Assembly (NCBI GenBank): GCA_030390025.1
Contig: CM059425.1
Span: 173,726,001-173,790,000 of the forward strand
Reading direction: 5' to 3'
Length of the DNA: 64,000 nt
Origin: Squalus acanthias
Lineage: Eukaryota
Shown here piece by piece: positions 13,445 to 25,865 of this stretch. Position 1 is the stretch's first letter. Every line of letters begins with the position of its first letter. The notes beneath the pieces are model-generated. The model was not told the origin of the DNA, made no database searches, and worked only from the letters and a program-made list of their open reading frames with translations. The translations under genes and the position numbers were made by a program.

Positions 13445-15760
13445 AGCCCACTCTCAACCCCATGTCCTTGCTAACTACCATCCCATGTTCAATCTTCTTT
13501 TCCTCTCCCAAATCCTTGAACGTCATGCCTCCCAAAACTACCCATCTTTTCCACAACTCCGTTTGAATCTCTCCAATCAGGAGTTTCCACTCCTGTCACA
13601 GCACCGAGACAGCCCTAACCAAAGTAACAAATGATGTCCTTTGTGACTGGTGAATTATCCCTCTTCGTCCTCCTCGACCTCTCTGCAGCCTGTGACATGG
13701 TCGACCACACCATCCTCCTCCTACACCAGCTCAGTGGGCCGGGCTCACTGGGTTCCACTCTTAATTATCCGATTGTAACCAGACCATCTCCAGCAATGGC
13801 TTCTTTTCCCATCCTTGCACCAATCCCTCTGGAGTCCACCAAGAATCTATCCTTGGCCCCTAGTCTTATTTACATACTGCCCCTTGGTGACATCACCTGC
13901 AGACATAGGGTCAGTATCCACATGCACGCTAATGACATCCAGTTCTACCTTTTCATCACCTCTCTCGACCCCTCCACTGCCTCTGTTACTAGACTGCATA
14001 TCAGACATCCAGCCTTAGATGAGCCGCAGTTTCCTCCAGTTAAATGTTGGGAAGACTGAAGCCATCATCTTAGACCCTTGCCACAAACTGTATAGAGCTG
14101 AATTCCAGAGGTGAGGTGAGACTGCCCTTGACATCAAGGCAGCATTTGACCGAGTGTGGCATCAAGGAGCCCTAGTAAAATTGAAGTCAATAGGAATCGG
14201 AGAGGAAAACTCTCCACTGGCTGGAGTCATACCTAGCACAAAGGAAGATGGTTGTGTTTGTTGGAGGTCAATCATCTCATTCCCAGGACATTGCTGCAGG
14301 AGTACCTCAGGGTAGTATGCTAGGCCCAACCATCTTCAGCTGCTTCATCAATGACCTTCCCTCCATCATAAGGTCAGAAGTGGGGATGTTCGCTGATAAT
14401 TGCACAGTGTTCAGTTCCATTTGCAACTCCTCAGATAATGAAGCAGTCCGTGCCCGCATGCAGCAAGACCTGGACGACATTCATGCTTGGCCTGATAACT
14501 GGCAAGTAACATTCGCACCACACAAGTGCCAGGCAATGACTATCTCCAACAAGAGTCTAACCACCGCCCCTTCACATTCAATGGCATTACCATTGCCGAA
14601 ACCCCCACCATCAACATCCTGGGGGTCAGCATTGACCAGAAACTTAACTGGACCAGCCACGTAAATACTGTGGCTACAAGAACAGGTCAGAGGCTGGATA
14701 TTCTGTGGCGAGTATCTCACCTCCTGACTCCCCAAAGCCTTTCCACCATCGACAAGTCAGGAGTGTGATGGAATACTCTCCACTTGCCTGGATGAGTGCA
14801 GCTCCAACAACACTCAAGAAGCTCAACACTATCCAGGACAAAGCAGCCTGCTTAATTGGCATCTCATCCACCCCCTTAAACATTCACTCCCTCCACCACC
14901 GGCGCACTGTGACTGCAGTGTGTACCATCTACAAGGTACACTGCAGCAACTCACCAAGGCTTCTTCAACAGCGCCTCCCAAACCCGCGACCTCTATCATC
15001 TAGAAGGACAAGTGCAGCAGGCGCATGGGAACACCTCCAAGTTCCCCTCCAAGTCACACACCATCCTGACTTGGAAATATATTGCCGTTCCTTCATCGTC
15101 GCTGGGTCAATATCCTGGAACTCCCTCCCTAACGGCACTGTGGGAATACCTTCACCATATGGACTGCAGCGGTTCAAGAAGGTGGCTCACCACCACCTTC
15201 TCAAGGGCAACTAGGGGTGGGCAATAAATGCTGGCCTTGCCAGCGATACCCACATCCCATAAACAAATTAAAAAAAATATCCTTATCATTGATTCCATTC
15301 TGCTCCGTGGCTACCTTATGAGGCTGAACCAGACTATTTGCAATCTTGGTATCCCATTCGACCACAAACCGTGCTTCTAACTCCATATCGTCTCCGTCAC
15401 AATAATCACCTACTTCCAGCTCTATAACAATGGCCACCTTCAATCTTATTTCAGCCCGTGTGCTGCTGAAACCATTATCCATGCATTTGTCACCTCCATA
15501 TTTGACTAATCTATGTTCAGCTGTCCATCCTCCCAACCCATCCCCTCTGTAAACTTCATCTCGTATAAAATTGCTGCCGATATCCTGTCCAGCTCACCCA
15601 TCATCCTTGTCCTCACTGACTTACATTGGCTCGCAGTTCCCTACCTGAAATTTTAAAATCTCATCCATGTGTTTGAATCCCTTCATGGTCTCACCCCTCC
15701 CTATCTTTAACCTCTGCCGTACAACATCCCCACTCTCTGTTCCTCTGATTTTAGCCTAGT
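13445..15760 (+). mobile_element. L2 LINE fragment, split by another LINE
   Basis: LFVLLDLSAACDMVDHTILL and HMHANDIQFY; homology resumes after ~15279. Confidence 0.8.
14093..15278 (+). mobile_element. 5'-truncated poly(A)-tailed LINE of the CR1/jockey group (here called family D)
   Basis: AGVPQGSMLGPTIFSCFINDL...FADNCT; QVRSVMEYSPLAW; tail gggcaataaatgctggcc...aaaaaaaa; homologous to 47157-49900 and 57020-57837. Confidence 0.85.
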
Positions 15761-15926
15761 TAGAATGTGGAACTCGCTACCACAGGAAGTGGTTGAGGCA
15801 AATAGCTTAGATGCTTTCAGAAGGAAACTAGATTAATACATGCGAGAAAAAGGAATAGAAGATGTGCTGAAAGGCTAAGATGAGGTAGATTGAATGGGAG
15901 GAGACTCGTGTGGAGTATAAACATCA

Positions 15927-18900
15927 GCAACAACAACAACGTGTATTTATATTGCACCTTTAACGTAGTAAAACGTCCCAAGGCGCTTCACAGGAGTATT
16001 AAAGGACAAAAAGTTTGATACCAAGCCACATAAGCAGAAATTAGGGAAGGTGACCAAAAGCTTGGTCAAAGAGGTAGGTTTTAAGGAGCGTCTTAAAGGA
16101 GGAAAGAGGCGGAGAGGTTTAGGCAGGGAATTCCAGAGCTTAGGGCCTAGGCAACAGAAGGCACGGCCACCAATAGTTGAGCGATTATAATCAGGGATGC
16201 TCAAGAGCGCAGAATTAGAGGAACACAGATATCTCGGGGGGGGGGGGGGGGGGTTGTGGGGCTGAAGGAGATTACAGAGATAGGGAAGAGCAAGGCCATG
16301 GAGGGATTTGAAAACAAGGATGAGAATTTTGAAATCGAGGCATTGCTTAACCGGGAGCCAATGTAGGTCAGCGAGCACAGGGGTGATGGGCGAACGGGAC
16401 TTGGTGGAAATAGGCAGTCTTAGTTATGCTGTGGATATGTGGTCGGAAGCTCATTTCAGGGTCAAATAATGCACCAATGTTGCGAACAGTGTGGTTTAGC
16501 CTCAGACAGATGTTAGGGAGAGGGATGGAGTCAGTGGCTAGAGAACAGAATTTGTGGCGGGGACCGAAAAAAATGGCTTCGGTCATCCCAATATTTAATT
16601 GGAGAAAATTTCTGCTCATCCAGATCTGGATGTCGGACAAGCAGTCTGACAATTTACAGAAGGTGGAGGGGTCGAGAGAAGTGGTAGTGAAGTAGAGCTG
16701 GGTGTCGTCAGCGTACATGTGGAAGCTGACGCTGTGTTTTCGGATGATGTCGCCAAGGGGCAACATGTAGATGAGAAATAGGAGGGGGCCAATGATAGAT
16801 CCTTGGGGGACACCAGAGATAACGATGCGGGAGCGGGAAGAGAAGCCGTTGCAGGTGATTCTCTGGCTACGATTAGATAGATAAGAATGGAACCAGGCGA
16901 GTGCAGCCCACCCAGCTGGACGACGGTGGAGAGACGTTGGAGAAGGATGGAGTAGTCAACCATGTCAAAGGCTGCAGATAAGTCAAGAAGGATGAGGAGG
17001 GATAGTTTACCTTTGTCACGGTCACAAAGGATGTCATAAGAACAAGAAGTAGGAGCAGGAGTAGGCCATTTGGCCCTTCGAGCCTGCTCCGCCATTCAAT
17101 AAGATCATGGCTGATCTACCTCATCTCCACTTTCCTGCACTATCCCCAGATCCCTTGATTCCCTTAATATTCAAAAATCTATCGATCTCTATCTTGAATA
17201 TACTCAATGACTGAGCCTCCACAGACCTCTGGTAGAGAATTCCAAAGATTCACCACCCTCTGAGTGAAGAAATTTCTCCTCATCTCAGTCCTAAATGGTC
17301 GACCCCTTATTCTGAGACTGTGACCCCTGGTTCTAGACTCCTCAGCCAGGGGAAACATCCTCCCTGCATCTACCCTGTCAAGCCCTGTAAAAATTTGTAT
17401 GTTTCAATGAGATCACCTCTCATTCTTCTAAACTCTAGAGAATATAGGCCTAGTCTACTCAATCTCTCCTCATAGGACAATTCCCCCATCCCAGGAACCA
17501 GTCTGGTGAACCTCTGTTGCACTCCCTCTATGGCAAATATATCTTTCCTTAGGTAAGGAGACCAAAACTGTACACAATACTCCAGGTGTGGTCTCACCAG
17601 GGCCCTATATAATTGCAGTAAGACGTCTTTACTCTTATACTCAAATCCTCTTGTAATAAAGGCCAACATACCATACCATTTGCTTTCCTAATTGCTTGCT
17701 GTACCGGCATGTTAACTTTCAGTGATTTGTGTACAAGGACACCCAGGCCCCTCTGAACACCAACATTTCCCAATCTCTCACCATTTAAAAAATACTCAGT
17801 TTTTCTATTTTTCCTACCAAAGTGGATAACCTCACATTTATCCACATTATATTCCATTTGCCATGTTCTTGCCCACTCACTTAACCTGTCTATATCCCCT
17901 CGAAGCCTCCTTGCATCCTCCTCACAGCTTACATTCCCACCCAGCTTTGTATCATCAGCAAACTTGGATATATTACATTTAGTCCCCTCATCCAAATCAT
18001 TGATGTAGGTTGTGAATAGCTGAGGCCCAAGCACTGATCCTTGCGGTACCCCACTAGTTACAGCCTGCCAATCCGAAAATGACCCGTTTATTCCTACTCT
18101 CTCATTTCTGCCATTAAGCAATCCTCAATCCATGCTAGTATATTACCGCCAATCCCATGAGCCCTAACTTTGTTTAATAACTTCTTGTGTGTCACTTTAT
18201 CAAATGCCTTCTGAAAATCCAAATACACCACATCCACTGGTTCCCCCTTATCTATTCTGCTAGTTACAACCTCAAAATATTCTAACAGATTTGTCAAACA
18301 CGATTTCCCTTTCGTAAATCCATGTTGACTCTGCCCAATCCGATTATTATTTTCGAAGTGCCTTTTGTGACTTTGATGAGAGCCGTTTCGGTACTGTGGC
18401 AAGGTTGGAAACCTGATTGGAGGGATTCAAACATGGAATTGCAGGAAAGATGGGCACGGATTTGGGAGGCGACAACACGTTCAAGAACTTTGGAGAGGAA
18501 AGGGAAGTTGGAGATGGAGCGGTAGTTTGCAAGGACGGAGGGGTAAAGGGTTGTTTTTTTGAGAGGAGTGATGATGACAGATTTGAGGGAGAGAGGGACA
18601 GTACCTGAGGAGAGAGAACCGTTAACAATGTCAGCTAACATGGGAGCCAGAAAAGGATGTTGGGTGGTCAGCAGTTTTGGTGGGAATAGGGTTGAGGGAG
18701 CAGGAATGGGTCTCATGGACAAGATGAGCGCGGAGAGGTCATGAGGGGAGATCGGACAGAAACTGGAGAAAGATGTGAGTTCAGGGCTAGGCAGGGGGGA
18801 CCCTTAGAGGAAGTTTGGCCCGGTGGGCTAGGGGAAAGAAGGGAAGTGGCAGAGGCAGCTGAACGGATGGTCTCAATCTTAGAGACAAAGAAGTCCATGA

Positions 18901-19450
18901 GCTCCTCACACTTGTTGTCGGAGATGAGGGTGGAGGAGACAGGGGAGAGGGGTTTAAGAAGACGGTTAGCAGTGGAGAATAGAAGCCAGGGTTTATCTTT
19001 GCATTCCAGAATGATTCTGGAATAGTGAGCAATTTTGGCAGACAAGAGCAGGGCCCGATAGTGCTTTATGTGGTCCAGCCAGATCTGACGATGAATGACT
19101 AAACCAGTTGTCCGCCATATCCGTTCAAGTCTGCATCCCTTGGACTTAAGGGAACGAAGATGAGGACCGTACCAGGGGGACCGGCCAAGGTGAGAGAGAG
19201 TAATTGTTTTAATAGGGACTAGGGCATCAAAGGTGGTGGTGAGGGTGTGGTTGAGCAGAAATGTCATGGTGAATGGAGGGCCAAAGGCTGGACAGTTGGG
19301 ATTTCATAAGTGCAGTTGTAAGAAAATTGGGAGAGAGTTTTTTCCGGGGCGGATACACAAGGAAGTAGGGCTGGGGGGTGGGTGGGTGGAAGGGGATGTG
19401 GGTCGAGAGCGATATGAGGAAGTGGTCAGAGATGGCCTTATCTGCAATTG
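15927..19450 (-). mobile_element. L2 LINE (long ORF2 portion) with nested CR1
   Basis: FHMYADDTQLY, LLDLSAAFDMVD, FESLQSGFQPCHSTETAL; (caa)n tail on + at ~15927-15940. Confidence 0.92.
17036..18360 (-). mobile_element. CR1 LINE 3' half nested in L2
   Basis: [14 protein letters not shown]...[35 protein letters not shown]. Confidence 0.93.
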
Positions 19451-20359
19451 ACACAGACTAGTTGGGTTGAATGGCCTGCTTCTGTGCTGTATATTTTATG
19501 TAAATTCTACAAGAGTAATTCTCCTTTTAAGGTATTTCATCTCCATACCTTTCTTGGATTTTGTAACAGCGTGCACTGTTCCCAGTAAGAGGTCAAATGG
19601 CAGATGGGGATCTTCTCCAATGCTACTTTAAAACCATCACTAGAAAGTACAAATGTGCAATTTCGGTTGATTCTCCCTCTAATTTACATCCCTCCCTCAG
19701 TACCTCCTATTGTGGTACTGCTGAGATGAGAAATACAAAAGATAATTCCACAATCATGTGCCCCAGATGCAACTCCAAACTATCGGAGGCCTGCTACTCG
19801 TGGTCTCTTCCTCCTGGTCCTGTGGAACTTTGGGGTCAACGGTTGCAGCTGGGTGCATCACACTGGAATGCGTCCAACCAATAATTTTTAGGCTAGTCTT
19901 CATAAGAAATTTACTAATTTTAGTCTAGTCTTTTGTTTCCAAATTTTAATATTAGTCTTTCAAAAAACTATAGGCAAAACTTTTGCATTTGTTTTTCATA
20001 TTTTTGTTCTTGTCCTTTCAAGATTATGTTTCAAAAGTTGCGTTCAGAAGAAATATTGAGAAATACTAAACTGGTGCTTGAATGACAACTAAGACTTTAT
20101 TCATCTGTATCAATTTCCAGTATCTGTTTCAAAAGATATAGACTACTGACCCAGTGTTATTTTAGTTCCAGTCAGAATTTTAGTTTTGGCCTCGTCTCTA
20201 CTTAAAATTTTAGCCATATTTTATCTTTTATCTTTATGAAACTTAGTCCTAATTTTTGTCTTTGTTGTATTAATTCTAGGAATCCATTAATAATGTATAG
20301 TTCCACATGTTGAAACATAAAATTTATGTCCAACTGTGTTTGCACAGCTACTAAGAGGA

Positions 20360-20617
20360 AGAACGTGCATTTATATAGCGCATTTCACAACCTCAAGGCA
20401 TTCCAAGCGCTTTACAACCAATTAAAAGGTACTTTTGAAGTGTAGTCACTGCTATAATGTAGGCAAGTGCAGCAGCCACGTTGCGTACAGCAAGGTCCCA
20501 CAAACAACAATCTGTATTTTTAGTGATGTTGGTTGAAGGATAAATTTTGGCCAGGAAACCGGGAGAACTCCCCTGCTCTTCTTCGAAATAGTGCCACGAG
20601 CTCTTTTGCATCCACCA
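20360..20617 (-). mobile_element. SacSINE1-like SINE 3' part with L2-type tail
   Basis: tgcatttatatagcgc tail and the acttttgaagtgtagtcact...cagcaaggtcccacaaac core, shared with 9073-9180 and 23378-23800. Confidence 0.7.
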
Positions 20618-21554
20618 CTACCCAAGATAAAAGCATAAATAATCTGGTCAAAATGTCTTTCTCTCTGAAACTTCACTGTATAAGAGCTAGCCATCTTTAA
20701 CATGTATATAACCTACATCTTTATAGGTGCAGGAAAAGAATAGTCACCATTATGACATCAATCAAAAAGAATCCTGCAGCAATGGGATACATCAATTAGC
20801 ATTTCAAACCAATGCCCCAATTCCCACAGAAATTCGAGCTGGGCTGGAGGCAGCTGCCATCTTTGATTTAAAGAAGATAGGGGAATAACTTGATGTTCCT
20901 TAAAGTAGGGATCAACAGGTGACAGGGAGTGCAAAAGAAAAGCCCATGATAATGAGACATGGACTCTGGATAGTGCAGACCTGAAAAGATGAATGTGTTT
21001 TTCTCTCCTGATTTATGTACTGCCTGGTCCAATGTCACTTTACCTTCCAAGGATTTTCAAACTTCTCCAACCGTAGTTATCCACTTTTTTCCTAAAAAGT
21101 ATAAGCTTCTTTAATAAAGAAATTGGGCTATTTATGCAATGTTTCAAAATAATAAAAAATGGAAAGTGAGGAACTAGTGTACTAGTTTGGTACACCAACT
21201 TGTTGCATCACCTAAGCAATGGGGGAAGTTTAATCCCCAAAAATGGGCGGGTTGGGGTCGGGTGAGAAGCTAAAGTGTTATAAAACTGAATCTCAACCAG
21301 AACTCACCTCCAACCTGCCCACTTCAACTTTTAATGAAGGTGGGACGGGGGCGGGCAGCCAACCCACTCCCACAAGTGGGTCACCATTTAAACATTATAA
21401 TGAGGCTTGCGTGCCTCAGATTTAACCAGCGTTTCAAATTTAACTATGGACGGTCGGGTTCCGCTGGTGTTGGAAAACCCAACAGCTAATGGAAGGCGAG
21501 GACAGCTGGATCCAGGAGGTAAGTGCAGCGCCAAAGTCTAACCCCCCACCGGTG

Positions 21555-22550
21555 ATCTTCAGGCCAGCCCCAATGTTCTCTCCCTTTCCCACCCTACCCC
21601 CACCCCCGCCGATCCTTCTCCGACCCCCGATGTTCTCTCCCTCTCACTCCCGATCCTTCTCTGACCCCCGATGTTCTCTCCCCCCCCCCCCCGATCCTTC
21701 TCCGACCCCCGATGTTTTCTCCTTCCCCCCGATCCTTCTCCGGCCCCCGATGTTCTCTCCCTCCCCCCGATCCTTCTCCGGCCCCCGATGTTCTCTCCTT
21801 CCCCCCGATCCTTCTCCGACCTCCGATGTTCTCTCCCTCTTCCCCGATCCTTCTCCGACCCCCGATGTTCTCTCCCTCTCCCCCGATCCTTCTCCGACCC
21901 CCGATGTTCTCTCCCTCTCACTCCCGATCCTTCTCCGGCCCCCGATGTTCTCTCCGTCCCCCCTGATCCTTCTCCGACCCCCGATGTTCTCTCCCTCCCC
22001 CCCGATCCTTCTCCGACCCCCGATGTTCTCTCCCTCCCCCCCGATCCTTCTCCGACCCCCGATGTTCTCTCCCTCAACCCCCCGATCCTTCTCCGACCCC
22101 CGATGTTCTCTCCCTCTCACTCCCGATCCTTCTCCGTCCCCCGATGTTCTCTCCCTCCCCCCCCCCGATCCTTCTACGACCCCCGATATTCTCTCCCTCC
22201 TCCCCGATCCTTCTCCGGTCCCCGATGTTCTCTCCCTCCCCCCGATCCTTCTCCAATCCCCGATGTTCTCTCCCTCTCCCCCGATCCTTCTCCGACCCCC
22301 GATGTTCTCTCCCTCTCCCCCGATCCTTCTCCGACTCCCGATGTTCTCTCCCTCCCCCCCCCGATCCTTCTCTGACCCCCGATGTTCTCTCCCTCTCACT
22401 CCCGATCCTTCTCCGGCCCCCGATGTTCTCTCCCTCCCCCCTGATCCTTCTCCGGCCCCCGATGTTCTCTCCCTCCCCCCGATCCTTCTCCGGCCCCCGA
22501 TGTTCTCTCCCTCTCACTCCCGATCCTTCTCCGGACCCAATGTTCACTCC
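21555..22550. repeat. C/T-rich minisatellite, unit ~33-37 bp (ccgatccttctccgacccccgatgttctctccctcccc), roughly 27 copies
   Basis: Direct reading; periodic ORFs in all frames (PPILLRPPMFSPS). Confidence 0.97.
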
Positions 22551-22555
22551 CTCTC

Positions 22556-22652
22556 CCTCACTTCACCTGATGAAGGAGCAGCCGCTCCGAAAGCTTGTGA
22601 TTTCAAATAAAACTGTTGGTCTATAACCTGGTGTTGTGCGACTTCTCACTTG
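22556..22652 (+). mobile_element. Penelope-like element terminal (pseudo-LTR) fragment
   Basis: cacctgatgaaggagcag...ccgaaagcttgtg...aataaaactgttggtcta resembles the Penelope/Poseidon terminal motif. Confidence 0.55.
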
Positions 22653-22836
22653 AGTATATTCAGGGCTGAGATAGATAGATTTTTGGACTCTAGGGGAAAT
22701 CAAGGGATATGGAGATCGGGCGGGAAAGTGGAGTTGAGGTCAAAGATCAGCCATGATCTTATTGAATGGTGGAGCAGGTTCGAGGGGCCGTATGGCCTAC
22801 TCTGCTCCTAATTCTTATGATCTTATGTTCTTATGT
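22653..22836 (+). mobile_element. CR1 3' UTR fragment
   Basis: agatcagccatgatcttattgaatgg...ggccgtatggcctac followed by a (ttcttatg)n tail. Confidence 0.85.
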
Positions 22837-23377
22837 TTCAAATGCAAATCAGGCCCTGCTGTTAAATTCGGCAGGGCTTATGGGAAACTCATTCTCCCGG
22901 GTTTCCTGACCGCTTCCTAGCCTCCCCGTTCCCAACCCCCCTCCCGATTAAAATTCCGGCCAATATGATTCAGTCCATGATGATCCACACTGCGAATTCT
23001 TGATCTCAGCCAGGCCGTTAGGGAAGCAATGTCGAAATAAACTAAGCTATTTGTTTCCTTGCAGTAAAGGAGGATCAGTCATCTTGGACTATTATCCACC
23101 TCCTGCCAATTTGATGGATATCATGAATTTTGTCAGATCGTGCTAAATTTTAAAATTAAATTAGAGTTTGTGGATACAAAGTTATCTATAACATTTGGTA
23201 ATTATTGAATTGATGGGTTCAAAGTAATTAGAAAACTGCTCGTATTCATTTGAGACGTCTATCACAATTAACTTTGGAAACTAGAACAATAGAAGTTTGT
23301 GGACTACATTTGGCATTTATTAATTGTTTAGTAAAGATATTCAGTAGCAATGAAAACAAAAGTCAAGATGATAAAGG

Positions 23378-23800
23378 GCTTACATTTACACAGTGGGTTA
23401 TCACATCTTCTAGAAATGTCTCAAAGCACTTTGCATACAATGAATTATTTGAAGCACAGTCACTGTTGTTATGAAGGCTAATGCAGCATCCATTTTGCAC
23501 ACAGCAAGGTATCATAAACAGCAGTGAGATGAATGACTAATTAATCTGTTTTTGGTGGAGTCAGGTCGAGTGAGGAATACCGACCGTGACTAAACTCCCT
23601 GCTCTTTATGGGATCTTTAATATCCACCTGAACAGACAAACAGGGCTTCAGTTAAACATCTTGTCTAAAGGGCAGTACTTTCAACAATGCAACATTTCCT
23701 CACTGAACTGTCTCCCTAATTTTTATGTACTTAAGTCCTGAAGTGGATGGTAGGGCTTGAACCCACAACTTTCTAACTCATAAGCAAGAATGCTACCATT
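23378..23800 (-). mobile_element. SacSINE1-like tRNA-derived SINE, near full length
   Basis: Reverse B-box cttgaacccacaac at ~23756-23769, shared core and L2-like tail. Confidence 0.7.
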
Positions 23801-23858
23801 ATAGACTTGAAATAACACAAATAATAGATTGCAATAGGCAGTTGGCTTAGAGCATAAT

Positions 23859-24589
23859 GGCCCGTATTTTCCGATGCCTACGGGTGTATATGCACTGTGT
23901 ACACACCCATAAGGACATCGAAAATGCCAGTTTCAGGCATGCGAAGCGCATGCGTTGAAAACCGGCATTTCTGATCTGCCAAGAATCCTCTTGACAGATC
24001 GGATGCCTGCCCTGGAGAAGGGCCTCTGCGGGTGGAGAGTTCCGCTTTCTGCAGAACCTCTGCCCGCTGAAAACACTTAAAAATCTTATGCCTGCTTTTA
24101 CCAGCATAAGAGTTTAAAAAAGTTAAAAAAAAAAATTCACTCATTTATAATTTAAAAATACTTTTAAAAAAAGGTAAGTTTATTTTTAGCCCCGTAAAAA
24201 ACTTTAATAATTTTTTTCAAAAAATTAAATTTGTTTAAAATATTTAATTTAATGCAATTTTAACTCATTTTAAAAACGTGATTTTTAAAAAATTATTTAA
24301 TGTTTTGATGTGTTTTTGGGGTGATCTCCATTCATACTTTTGACAGGTCTATCTGTCAAAAGTATGAAGGGAGATTCCCTTCTCCTATTAGCTGGCCTGA
24401 CCCATGTGATCCCAGGGACGCTTGCGAACTGCATGCGCCCCTGGGATACGTGGGCCCTGCGCATTTCGACTGTGGAGAGGCCCAGGAGCGGAAGTGTCCG
24501 GACCTCGGGAGCCCTCAAGTAAGAGCGTAGATTTTTTTTCCAATAGGAAGCATCCGCACACAGGAAGCCTCCTATCGGAAATTACGGCC
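23859..24589. mobile_element. PIF/Harbinger-like non-autonomous element with AT-rich centre
   Basis: TIR ggcccgtattttccgat / atcggaaattacggcc; 3-bp TSD aat. Confidence 0.85.
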
Positions 24590-25229
24590 AATAGTTTAAA
24601 ATTCTATGGAGAAATTAGTTACGTCAATTTTGAATGTTTCACATGAAGAGAGAAAACCCACCACAGGTTTAATGGGCCGAGCAGCCTTCATCTGTGCAGG
24701 ATCATTTTTTGAAAGGTTGTTATAGGTAACAAAGAAAAACACTTAGACTGGTGCTTTGTGCATCAAATCTGTTGACTGGCGTAATTAACAAAGGTACCTC
24801 GCCTTTAGGTAAGCCCTAAAGGTAGCGCTTCTGCGTGGTAAATAACCACACTGTACGTTTTGTACCTGGGAGGCTTTCATATTTCTTTATCTTATTTCAA
24901 TCTCTGGCTTTATTGACATACAAAATTTCAGATACTTTGTAAAATAAATAAGAATAGAATTAGAGGCTCCTGTGGTAGGAATGTACGCAAAGTTAGACAA
25001 AGAGGTGGAACAAGACAATGAAAAATTGCTAAACCCCATTTTTTAAGTTAAAAGTGATATTTCAGGAACTATGTATATGCTTATGAAATGGACACATACA
25101 TTGGGACAATATTATACAAAGGAAACAATTCAAGAGCATGTTTTGAGAGTAAAGCAATAGATCCAAATCAACATGGGGCTATCAAAATGCTGCATAAAAA
25201 CTCTACTGGGATTATCCTGGGGAGATAAT

Positions 25230-25865
25230 TACATAGAATGTACAGCACAGAAATAGGCCGTTCAGCTCAATTAGTCTATGCCAGTGTTTATGCTTCACAC
25301 AAGCCTCCTCCCACCCTACTTCATCTAACCCTATCAGCATAACCTTTTATTTCTTTCTCCCTCATGTACTTATCTAGCTTCCCCTTAAATGTATCCATGC
25401 TATTAGCCTCAACTATTCCATGTGACAGCAAGTTCTACATTCTAACCACTCTCTGGGTAAAGAAGTTTCTCCTGAATTCCTTACTGGATTCATTAGTGAG
25501 TATCTTATATTTATGGCCCCTAGTTTTGGATTCCCCCACAAGCTGAAAGATTTTCTCTACTACTACCCTATCAAACCCCTTCATAATTTTAAAGACCTCT
25601 ATTAGGAAAATAAGAGCCCCAGCCTGTTCAGTCTTTCCTGATAGTTATAACCTCTCAGTACTGGTATCATCCCTGTAAGTCTTGTTTGCACCTTCTCCAG
25701 TGCCTCTATAGCCTTTTTTTATAATATGGAGACCAGCACTGTGCATATTACTCCAAGTGTGGTCTAACTAAAGTTCTATACAAGTTTAACACAACTTCTC
25801 TGCTTTTCAATGCTATTCCTCTAGAAATGAACCCCAGTGCTTTGTTTACATTTTTATGGCCTTGT
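25230..25865 (-). mobile_element. CR1 LINE 3' fragment
   Basis: acatagaatgtacagcacagaaa tail and the reverse complement of the LVRPHLE region. Confidence 0.85.

Larger units (their letters stand above)
15760..19510 (+). mobile_element. CR1 3' end (15760-15926 plus 19451-19510) split by a 3.5-kb L2 insertion
   Basis: tggagtataaacatcagca|...|cacagactagttgggttgaatggcctgcttctgtgctgta reconstitutes a CR1 3' UTR. Confidence 0.7.
21221..22961. mobile_element. Non-autonomous PIF/Harbinger-like element carrying a minisatellite
   Basis: Ends gggggaagtttaa...taaaattccggcc with 3-bp TSD aat; first ~300 bp homologous to 52164-52445. Confidence 0.75.

Noticed and set aside
18294..18722. ORFs fusing L2 and CR1 peptides (also 16616-17095 and 56875-57180)
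   Set aside because: Read-through across nested insertion junctions, not genuine chimeric genes.
21489..22626. 373-aa Pro-rich ORF and overlapping ORFs; also a CRISPR-like ~36-bp periodicity
   Set aside because: Artefacts of a stop-free minisatellite; units are head-to-tail with no unique spacers and no cas genes.
24797..24818. Small hairpin cctttagg-taag-ccctaaagg and the tandem agatttctagag at ~5354-5380
   Set aside because: Short enough to arise by chance or slippage; no supporting context.
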